A stretch of DNA of 40,189 nucleotides, taken from an uncultured Muribaculaceae bacterium (lineage in GTDB: Bacteria > Cyanobacteriota > Vampirovibrionia > Gastranaerophilales > Gastranaerophilaceae). The position numbers and the translations under genes were made by a program. The notes beneath the pieces are model-generated. The model saw only the letters and a list, made by a program, of their open reading frames with translations. It was not told the DNA's origin and ran no database searches. Of the stretch, positions 32,988 to 40,189 are shown piece after piece (position 1 is the stretch's first letter; each line of letters begins with the position of its first letter). Location of the stretch: contig CAZTVM010000004.1 in the NCBI GenBank assembly GCA_964617065.1, forward strand, positions 1 through 40,189, written 5' to 3'.

Positions 32988-34087
32988 AAATGTCTAAAAA
33001 AATAAATGAGTTGAACTACGAAAATCCTAAATTACTTCTTGAAATGTGCAAAGATAAATTTGCATTTATCTCTTTAGTTGTACTTGTTATTTTGTATTCT
33101 ATGATATTTTTTGCAGATTTTTTGGCGCCATACACGAAAGATTTTTCTGATAGAAAATCAGCCTATTCGCCACCTTCTACAATTTATACAATTGATGAAA
33201 AAGGACATTTTTCAAGACCATATACTTATAACTATATACGAGAATTTGATTCGAATAATTTTAAGTTTACTTATAGACCAGACCGCTCAAAAAAATATTA
33301 TGTAAAATTTTTTGCTAAAGGAGAACCGTACAAATTTTTGGGTTTAATTCCTTCGAACAGGCATTTTTTTTGCGTTGACAGTGGTGGCAAGATATTTTTA
33401 TTAGGCACGGATATAAATGGACGAGATAATTTTTCGAGACTCTTGTTTGGTGGGAGAATTTCACTAACTATCGGCTTTTTAGCTTTGTTTATATCGTTTC
33501 CGATAGGAATGATTTATGGCGGGATATCAGGGTACATTGGTGGCAAAATTGACAATTTAATGATGCGTTTTGCCGAAGGCATAATGTCAATTCCCAGTTT
33601 TTATTTGCTAATTATTCTCGCCTATATCTTACCGGCGAACATGACAAGTTCACAGCGTTTTGCCCTAATCGTGACAATTTTAGCGTTTATCGGTTGGTCT
33701 GGCTTTTCTCGAGTAGTAAGAGGAATGGTTTTGTCAATCAAAAATCAGGAATTTGTGCAAGCTGCAAAATCAGTCGGTGCTTCAAAAATGAGAATTATAA
33801 TTAAACATATTTTACCTCAAACATTGAGCTATGTAATAGTTGCGATAACGCTCAGTGTCCCCTCGTATATATTATCAGAGTCGGGTTTGAGCTTTATAGG
33901 TTTGGGTATTCAGCAGCCTGATGCGAGTTGGGGGAATATGCTCAAAGAAGCACAATCTTTTATTAATATAGTTCAGCGACCATGGCTATTAACACCCGGA
34001 TTTTTAATTTTTGTTGCGGTTCTGGCATTTAACGTAATTGGTGATACAATTAGAGATGTGTTGGATCCAAAAAGTAAAATCGGGTGA
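32984..34087 (+). CDS. ABC transporter permease, peptide/nickel (OppC/DppC-like) family
   Basis: N-terminal OppC_N-like extension, GTDINGRDNFSRLLFGGRISL block, EAA-loop EFVQAAKSVGASKMRIIIKHILPQ. The start is ambiguous (GTG 32984 overlapping the upstream stop, or ATG 32990). Confidence 0.85.
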   Translation: MKMSKKINELNYENPKLLLEMCKDKFAFISLVVLVILYSMIFFADFLAPYTKDFSDRKSAYSPPSTIYTIDEKGHFSRPYTYNYIREFDSNNFKFTYRPDRSKKYYVKFFAKGEPYKFLGLIPSNRHFFCVDSGGKIFLLGTDINGRDNFSRLLFGGRISLTIGFLALFISFPIGMIYGGISGYIGGKIDNLMMRFAEGIMSIPSFYLLIILAYILPANMTSSQRFALIVTILAFIGWSGFSRVVRGMVLSIKNQEFVQAAKSVGASKMRIIIKHILPQTLSYVIVAITLSVPSYILSESGLSFIGLGIQQPDASWGNMLKEAQSFINIVQRPWLLTPGFLIFVAVLAFNVIGDTIRDVLDPKSKIG

Positions 34088-34092
34088 AATTT

Positions 34093-34815
34093 ATGGAACA
34101 TTTGAATATTTGGGACTTTAATCTGGAAATGGTATTAGGAATTTTCTTGTCAGTTGTTTTAGGCTTTATCCTCGGGTTAGAACGTGAAATTACGAACAAA
34201 TGGGCAGGTTTAAGAACACATATTTTGGTTTGTTTAGGTTCATGCTTATTTACGACACTTTCCATCTATGGCTTTCTGGTATATTCTGACCCTGCTGACA
34301 TAATGAGTACTCGTTACGGTGACCCTTCTCGAGTTGCAGCGCAAGTTCTTACAGGCATAGGTTTTATCGGAGGGGGTACGGTCTTGCGTCATGGCGCTTC
34401 TATTTATGGTTTGACAACAGCTGCTACGCTTTGGGTTTCAGCCAGTATTGGTATGGCGTGTGCATGTGGAATGTATAAACTAGCCATTTTTACTGCTCTT
34501 TTGAGTGTCGCAGTCCTTGTGCTTATCAGACTGTTTGAAAAGAAATTTATCAGACGCAGTTTTAAAAATAAATGCAAAATAGAAATTTGTCTTTCAACTT
34601 CAGATTTATATGTCGATGAAGTTTATTCAGATATATTGAATAAATTTAACAATATTTTGGAATTGAAAAAAGAATTGTCGACAACTGATGAAAATGCAAC
34701 AGAAATTATTGTATTAATGGAAACCAATGGGAAAGTTTCCACAAAAACATTTTATTCTCAGTTGTCTGAAATAAAAAATATAAATGCGGTTACAGTAAGA
34801 GAGTTGCATGAATAA
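34093..34815 (+). CDS. mgtC: MgtC/SapB family membrane protein with C-terminal soluble domain
   Basis: LGFILGLEREITNKWAGLRTHILVCLGSCLFT is the MgtC family signature. The ATG at 34093 has a GGGTGA SD. The ORF-track GTG 34084 overlaps the upstream stop. Confidence 0.8.
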   Translation: MEHLNIWDFNLEMVLGIFLSVVLGFILGLEREITNKWAGLRTHILVCLGSCLFTTLSIYGFLVYSDPADIMSTRYGDPSRVAAQVLTGIGFIGGGTVLRHGASIYGLTTAATLWVSASIGMACACGMYKLAIFTALLSVAVLVLIRLFEKKFIRRSFKNKCKIEICLSTSDLYVDEVYSDILNKFNNILELKKELSTTDENATEIIVLMETNGKVSTKTFYSQLSEIKNINAVTVRELHE

Positions 34816-36058
34816 TAAAGTTAATCCTAAAAATTACTTATATACTTTCGCAATTACGATTTTAGCCGTCGTGATTTTTATAATTTGTCTTCAAATAAAT
34901 ATTTTTATACAAGTTTTTTCTGGCAAAGTTATAGACAGAGAACGTAATGTCCCTAAAACTAAAAATTGGGAATACTTAATCGAACAGTATAAATTGAAAG
35001 AAACAGAGGAACCTCAAAACTATCAGATTAATTATTCAATGGCTCGTTTATACGAGTACCATGAAAAATATTCGGAAGCTGAAATTGAATACAAAAAAGT
35101 AATATATAAATCTAACTCTTTGTTTTATAATCCTATTTTTGATTTAGCTAATATGTACACAAACCTAGGATATTATGATTCCGCAAAAGAACTGGCAGGA
35201 AGCGTAAGCAGCCTTCCTATAAAAAAAGTTTTGCGATTGAAAGAAAAATTTTATAAGAATTTAGGCGATAAATTTTATGAAAAGAAGATGTACGACAAGG
35301 CTCTGGAAGCGTATTCTCAGACAATATATTTTAGACAAAAAATAAGTAAAAAAAGTAGCATTAAAGATATTCAAGAAAATTTAACGGATACCTATGTAGC
35401 TCTTTCAGAAGTAGCAATATTAGAAGGCGACACCGGAAAAGCTTTAAACTACATTAATACTGCGCTTAACTACAAAAAAGTGCCTATTTTGTATTACAAA
35501 CTTGCGTTGCTGTATTTGAATAAAGATGCTGAAAAAGCTTATTTTTATATGAACAAAACCAGACAATTAGACCCTACTATAATTAATTACGCACTTTATG
35601 AAAAATTACTTAAAACGCTTTCGGAAAAAACTGCTGATTCTTCAAAAGCAGAAGTCTATGAAGTTAAAATAAGAAATTTGCATAGATTTTTGAAAGCTAC
35701 CTTTGTCACACCATCTGATATTAAAATTACTTATTTGAAAAAAGAAGCAAAACTAAATCCTTTGACAGGAAATGGTAAAATAAATGTTGAATTCCAACTG
35801 AAAAATATTTCTGATGTCATAATAAAAAATTTATTTATGTATGTTGAAATTACAGACAATGAAGAAATTATTCATGAACAAAAAATAGTAGTAGCTTCAA
35901 TTACAAAAAAAATGAAGCTTGAAGATGTAAGTAAAATATACAAAATAAAGTCTAAAATAAAACGAAATGAACATCATATTATAAAATGCAAAATATACAT
36001 GACGAAAAACAAAAATATCCCACTAGAAATAATTTCTGAAGAAATATTGCATTTTTAA
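34808..36058 (+). CDS. Membrane-anchored TPR-repeat protein with C-terminal beta-rich domain
   Basis: The start overlaps the mgtC stop by 8 nt. N-terminal TM (LYTFAITILAVVIFIICL). Several TPR-like units (YSMARLYEYHEKYSEAEIEYKKVI, LGDKFYEKKMYDKALEAYSQTI, ...). Confidence 0.65.
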   Translation: MNNKVNPKNYLYTFAITILAVVIFIICLQINIFIQVFSGKVIDRERNVPKTKNWEYLIEQYKLKETEEPQNYQINYSMARLYEYHEKYSEAEIEYKKVIYKSNSLFYNPIFDLANMYTNLGYYDSAKELAGSVSSLPIKKVLRLKEKFYKNLGDKFYEKKMYDKALEAYSQTIYFRQKISKKSSIKDIQENLTDTYVALSEVAILEGDTGKALNYINTALNYKKVPILYYKLALLYLNKDAEKAYFYMNKTRQLDPTIINYALYEKLLKTLSEKTADSSKAEVYEVKIRNLHRFLKATFVTPSDIKITYLKKEAKLNPLTGNGKINVEFQLKNISDVIIKNLFMYVEITDNEEIIHEQKIVVASITKKMKLEDVSKIYKIKSKIKRNEHHIIKCKIYMTKNKNIPLEIISEEILHF

Positions 36059-36178
36059 ATTAAAAAAAAGAAAATACTTTACGGTATATTAAGCATTATT
36101 ATAAAAAGACTATTATTTTAATTGTTAGCAAGTACAATAAGCATGGAAATCTTAGTAAATATATTAGAGGAGTAAAAA

Positions 36179-37567
36179 ATGCTTGAATTTGATTACAGGA
36201 ATGTCGAGGCGTCAGCCGTAGGAGTTGAACACGGTTTAAATGTCGAAGAAAAGTTCAACGAATATCAATCTAAAATTACAAAAATTATTGCAGATTTGAA
36301 TTCACGAAAAGATAAGCTTGGGCAATGGTTGCAATGGATGAATTTGGGTTACAACGAAGAAACTGTTTGGTATGTAAAAGAATTTGCATCTCAAGTCAAA
36401 GGCAAGTATGAAAATATTTTAATTTTAGGCATAGGTGGGTCAGCATTAGGAGGCATCGCAGTTTGTGAAGCATTATTAAAGCCGTATTGGAATATGCTGA
36501 ATGAAGAACAAAGAGCCAATTATCCTAAAATTTTCTTTTTGGACAATATTGATCCAGACCAGATTAATGGTTTATTAAATGTGTTAGATTTGAAAAAGAC
36601 TTTAGTTAATGTAATTACAAAATCTGGTTCTACGGCAGAAACAATGTCACAATTTATGATATTAAAAGATAAATTGGAAAAAGAACTGGGTGAAAATTAT
36701 GGTGATAATATTGTTGCAACGACTGATAAACAAACTGGTGTGTTACGTCAACTTGCTGAACAAGAAGGCTACAAGACTTTTGTAGTGCCTGATGACGTTG
36801 GCGGTCGTTTCTCTGTATTCTCTGCAGTGGGGCTTTTACCGTTTGCACTCGTCGGAATAGACATAGATGTAATGGTTTCAGGCATTAAAGATATGGATTT
36901 AGCGTTAAAAAATACAGACATTCATCATAATATAGCAGCACAAAACGCTCTTATACATTATTTAATGGATACAGAAAAAGGAAAGAATTTATCAGTTATG
37001 ATGCCTTATTCAAGCAGATTAAAGTATGTTTCTGATTGGTATGTGCAGCTTTGGGCAGAATCATTAGGCAAAGAAATGGACAATGACGGTAATAAAGTCA
37101 ATAATGGTCCTACTCCGATAAAAGCGTTGGGCGCAACTGACCAGCATTCTCAAATTCAGTTGTACAACGAAGGTCCTAATGATAAGTTGATTAACTTTAT
37201 AAGGGTGGGTGAGTTTGATACAACTCTACAAATTCCTGAAATATTTGAATACACAGGTATAGGTTATTTAGGTGGTAAGACTGTTAACGAATTGATTAAT
37301 GCTGAAGCAGATGCAACGGCTGTCGCTTTGACAAATTATTCACGTCCTAATGTTACAATAAAAGTTCCTAAAGTCGACGAGTATTACATTGGTCAACTTT
37401 TGTACATGCTTGAAGTTCAAACATCGATTGCAGGTGAATTGTATAACATCAACACTTTCAACCAACCAGGTGTTGAACAAGCTAAAAATTACACGTACGC
37501 ACTTATGGGCAGAGCAGGCTACGAAGAAAGTGCAAAAATGCTTAAAGAAAAAATGGCTCTTGTGTAG
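36179..37567 (+). CDS. pgi: Glucose-6-phosphate isomerase (short bacterial type)
   Basis: ILILGIGGSALG SIS motif, GGRFSVFSAVGLLP, TDQHSQIQLYNEGP, GELYNINTFNQPGVE. AGAGGAG SD. Confidence 0.9.
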   Translation: MLEFDYRNVEASAVGVEHGLNVEEKFNEYQSKITKIIADLNSRKDKLGQWLQWMNLGYNEETVWYVKEFASQVKGKYENILILGIGGSALGGIAVCEALLKPYWNMLNEEQRANYPKIFFLDNIDPDQINGLLNVLDLKKTLVNVITKSGSTAETMSQFMILKDKLEKELGENYGDNIVATTDKQTGVLRQLAEQEGYKTFVVPDDVGGRFSVFSAVGLLPFALVGIDIDVMVSGIKDMDLALKNTDIHHNIAAQNALIHYLMDTEKGKNLSVMMPYSSRLKYVSDWYVQLWAESLGKEMDNDGNKVNNGPTPIKALGATDQHSQIQLYNEGPNDKLINFIRVGEFDTTLQIPEIFEYTGIGYLGGKTVNELINAEADATAVALTNYSRPNVTIKVPKVDEYYIGQLLYMLEVQTSIAGELYNINTFNQPGVEQAKNYTYALMGRAGYEESAKMLKEKMALV

Positions 37568-37602
37568 TTTTATTATGAATTAAATAACGAAAAATTGTTG
37601 TT

Positions 37603-37640
37603 AAAAAGTCGATTTTTATAAAAAAGTCGACTTTTTAAAT
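37603..37640 (+). terminator. Probable rho-independent terminator after pgi
   Basis: AAAAAGTCGA (37603-37612) pairs with TCGACTTTTT (37627-37636). The loop is about 14 nt, so the call is less certain. Confidence 0.5.
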
Positions 37641-37688
37641 ATTTGTAAATTTTAGGACTTTTAAAATAATTTATATTAAAATTTTATT

Positions 37689-38000
37689 ATGAAAGATAAA
37701 ATTATAAAATTATTTCAAGACAAAGAAGCTGCCGATATACGTTATTTTCAGGGATTCAATTATATTAAACTCGACAAAGACAAAAATGGTAATAATTTTA
37801 ATGCGGAGCATTTGTCACTTTATGCACGACATTGTCGGTATTTGGTCACGGTAATGCGTGAAAAACATAAAAAAACAGTTTTGTATAACTATGAAGTGCC
37901 GTCTGATAAATTGTTAGAATTTTTACTAAAATTTCAAAATAATGAGTTAGATGGTTCAATTATTGAAATAGATAAATATTTGCCGGATGATTTTGCTTGA
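37689..38000 (+). CDS. Hypothetical protein (103 aa), start/stop-overlapped with the downstream radical SAM gene
   Basis: ORF with no SD. TAAAAT at 37677-37682 lies exactly 6 nt before the ATG. The stop TGA overlaps the next ATG (TGATG). I recognise no family. Confidence 0.5.
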   Translation: MKDKIIKLFQDKEAADIRYFQGFNYIKLDKDKNGNNFNAEHLSLYARHCRYLVTVMREKHKKTVLYNYEVPSDKLLEFLLKFQNNELDGSIIEIDKYLPDDFA

Positions 38001-40189
38001 TGAATACTCTCGAAAAAATTTTGAATAATGTAAATAAACCATACCAGTATGTTGGTAATGAAATGCAGTCAGTCAATAAAAATTGGAGTGACTCAGATGT
38101 GAAGCTCGCTTTGGTTTTTCCCGATAAATACGAAATTGGCGCTAGTAATCTCGGTCAAAAAATTTTGTATTCGCTTGTAAATCAGCAAGAAAATTTATTT
38201 GCAGATAGAGCTTATGCGCCTGATTTAGATTTTATTGCAGAATTAAATAAAAATGATGTTGAATTATATGGATTGAATTCAAAAAAAAGTTTGCGAGATT
38301 TTGATTTTGTTGGATTTTCACTGCAGTATGAATTGGCGTATCCAACAGTATTAAAGCTTTTGGAAATGGCGAAAATTCCGGTTAAAAGAGAAGAAAGAGA
38401 TGAAAATTATCCTATCATCTTAGCCGGTGGACCTTCGACTTTCAATCCTATCCCGATGTCTGATTTTATTGATGTTTTTCAAATTGGAGATGGTGAAGAA
38501 ACAACCGTGCAAATCATGCAAATGTATCTTAAATTAAAAAATCAAGGTTTATCTAAAAAAGAAATTTTGCACGAATTATCTAAAATCCAAGGGCTTTTTA
38601 TTCCTGAATTGTATAATTACAGAAAATTACCGATTACGCCAAAATACGAAAATGTGCCTGAGAAAGTAAAAAAAGCGATGGTTCAATTAAATGCAGAGAA
38701 TTTTCCTGAGCTTTACCCAGTAGCGTATTCGACATCGATACATGACAGGGCAACATTAGAAATACGACGAGGTTGCGGTCGAATGTGTAGATTTTGTCAG
38801 CCAGGGCATGTGACATTGCCTGTGCGAGAACGAAAAGCTGCAGATATAATTGCCGCCACAAAGGAACTAGTTAAAAAAACAGGTTACGACGAGTATTCAC
38901 TTTTGTCGTTATCATCGAATGACTATACAAATATTGAAAGTGTAATTGAGGAGTTGAGTTGCACTTTTTCATCAAAAGGTATTTCAGCGTCGCTACCAAG
39001 CCAGCGGGTGGATAAGTTTAGCGTGAAATTGGCTAATTTAGTACAAGAAATTCGCAAATCGACATTGACTCTGGCACCTGAAGCAGGTTCTCAACGAATG
39101 AGAAATGTAATTAACAAAAATTTGACTAAAGAACAAATAATTTCGGCTTCTTTACAAGCTTATGAAAACGGTTTTCATCAGTTGAAATTTTATTTTATAA
39201 TCGGCTTGCCTACTGAAACGTATGAGGATTTAGACGAATTGATTAGCTTGTTAAGCGAAATAAAAAATGCGGCTAATAATCTTAAACGAGAAAAAAATAT
39301 ACCTCAAAGTCTTACTTTGACTTGCACTTTATCAATTTTTGTACCAAAACCGTTTACACCATTTCAGTGGTTTGCACAAACAGATTTAGAAGAAATAATG
39401 AATAGAATTCATTATTTGAAAGAAAAAGCAAAAATTTTAAAAGGTGTAAAATTGAATTATCATGATAAAGCCATATCACAGATTGAAGCTGTTTTTTCAC
39501 GTGGCGGTTATGAGTTGAATGATTACATATATGCTTTGTATAAAAAAGGCGCTTATTTAGATGGTTGGGACGAGAATTTTAACTATTCGATGTGGCGTTC
39601 AACAGCTGAGGCTTTGGGAATTTCTTTAGAACAATTAGCACAAAAGGTATATGAATTAGACGAACCACTTAGTTGGGATGTGATTGATGTCGGAGTAAAC
39701 AAAGAATGGTTGCAGAATGAGTATAGACAAGCTTTAATTTCTCAAGTATCTGTACCTTGTGAGGTAAAATGCACGAACTGTGGCGTTTGTCGTTCTTTTA
39801 ATACGAAAAAAGTCGTTGACTCCAGCTATTCACCGAATTTGACACATAAAAAAGTTTTTAATGAAACAACATATAAATACAGAATAAAACTGTCTAAAAT
39901 GGGTTATTTGAAATATCTTTCACATTTAGATTGGCAAAATACTTTGCTGAAAGCACTTTACAAGACTGATTTGAATTTGGTTTTTTCGCAAGGTTTTAAT
40001 CCAATACCAAAAATTTCGCTGGGAGTAGCGTTGCCGTTATTTGTTGAAAGTGAATGTGAATTAGTTGACATTGAACTTTATGATGATTTGGAAGAAACGG
40101 AGTTAAAAAAAATTATTCAGCAAAAGTTGCCTGAAAACTCGATAATCTCCAAAATAACGAAAATCGATAAAAAAGCTCTTTCTATAGAT
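38000..40189 (+). CDS. Radical SAM protein of the uncharacterised TIGR03960-like family, fused to a DUF2344 (TIGR03936-like) C-terminal domain; 3' end runs off the window
   Basis: Open frame from ATG 38000 to the window end (730 codons), absent from the ORF track because no stop is reached. N-terminal B12-binding-like region. CxxxCxxC (CGRMCRFC) at 38774-38797. From about 39870 on, YKYRIKLSKMGYLKYLSHLDWQNTLLKAL...SQGFNPIPKISLGVALPL matches the DUF2344 pattern. Confidence 0.8.
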   Translation, partial: MNTLEKILNNVNKPYQYVGNEMQSVNKNWSDSDVKLALVFPDKYEIGASNLGQKILYSLVNQQENLFADRAYAPDLDFIAELNKNDVELYGLNSKKSLRDFDFVGFSLQYELAYPTVLKLLEMAKIPVKREERDENYPIILAGGPSTFNPIPMSDFIDVFQIGDGEETTVQIMQMYLKLKNQGLSKKEILHELSKIQGLFIPELYNYRKLPITPKYENVPEKVKKAMVQLNAENFPELYPVAYSTSIHDRATLEIRRGCGRMCRFCQPGHVTLPVRERKAADIIAATKELVKKTGYDEYSLLSLSSNDYTNIESVIEELSCTFSSKGISASLPSQRVDKFSVKLANLVQEIRKSTLTLAPEAGSQRMRNVINKNLTKEQIISASLQAYENGFHQLKFYFIIGLPTETYEDLDELISLLSEIKNAANNLKREKNIPQSLTLTCTLSIFVPKPFTPFQWFAQTDLEEIMNRIHYLKEKAKILKGVKLNYHDKAISQIEAVFSRGGYELNDYIYALYKKGAYLDGWDENFNYSMWRSTAEALGISLEQLAQKVYELDEPLSWDVIDVGVNKEWLQNEYRQALISQVSVPCEVKCTNCGVCRSFNTKKVVDSSYSPNLTHKKVFNETTYKYRIKLSKMGYLKYLSHLDWQNTLLKALYKTDLNLVFSQGFNPIPKISLGVALPLFVESECELVDIELYDDLEETELKKIIQQKLPENSIISKITKIDKKALSID

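Noticed and set aside
1-40189. Search for CRISPR arrays, tRNA/rRNA genes, IS elements, integrases, phage genes, toxin-antitoxin pairs or known defence-system genes.
   Set aside because: No regularly spaced repeats. No cloverleaf-like GC-rich segments in the intergenic gaps. No transposase, integrase or nuclease-helicase-type ORFs were recognisable. recF here is the canonical housekeeping gene.

Overview
This is an AT-rich, gene-dense bacterial chromosomal window. I count about 38 protein-coding genes and recognise no rRNA, tRNA, CRISPR array, transposase or integrase. Most of it is housekeeping. A birA-oadGAB-pckA operon (biotin ligase, Na+-pumping oxaloacetate decarboxylase, ATP-PEPCK) sits at the left end. 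Further along are an IDH3-like dehydrogenase with serB, ileS, a soluble lytic transglycosylase, rpoZ, recF, tsaE/tsaB, pgi, a peptide-type ABC permease pair, mgtC, and a 3'-truncated radical-SAM gene.

Lineage-specific genes of unknown function are interspersed among these, and they hold the interesting signals.
- **Sigma/anti-sigma module (25.2-28.7 kb), my best candidate for an undescribed system.** A DUF1822-like domain is fused to a zf-HC2 anti-sigma motif, a TM helix and a TonB-C-like domain. A divergent ECF-like sigma and a thioredoxin/CcdA pair follow. The units are linked by an exact 13-nt repeat.
- **Two-component pair (15.3-17.3 kb).** A sensor-less, apparently leaderless histidine kinase is start/stop-overlapped with a REC(degenerate)-GGDEF(degenerate)-REC regulator.
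- **DUF4127 plus secreted metallophosphoesterase operon**, inside a five-gene cluster of unknowns (5.9-9.9 kb).
- **A 687-aa coiled-coil protein with an RTX/EF-hand-like calcium-binding region** and no signal peptide.
- **A small ORF coupled to a fused TIGR03960-like radical SAM / DUF2344 gene.**
- **Three promoters placing the -10 hexamer exactly 6 nt before an ATG that lacks a Shine-Dalgarno sequence**, suggesting leaderless mRNAs.

The DUF1822-like domain, the cyanobacterial-style gene content and the low GC suggest, as weak inference only, a non-photosynthetic cyanobacteria-related (Melainabacteria-like) or similar low-GC anaerobe.

All domain calls come from motif recognition by eye; no searches were run. 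Hand-derived motif coordinates may be off by 1-2 nt.
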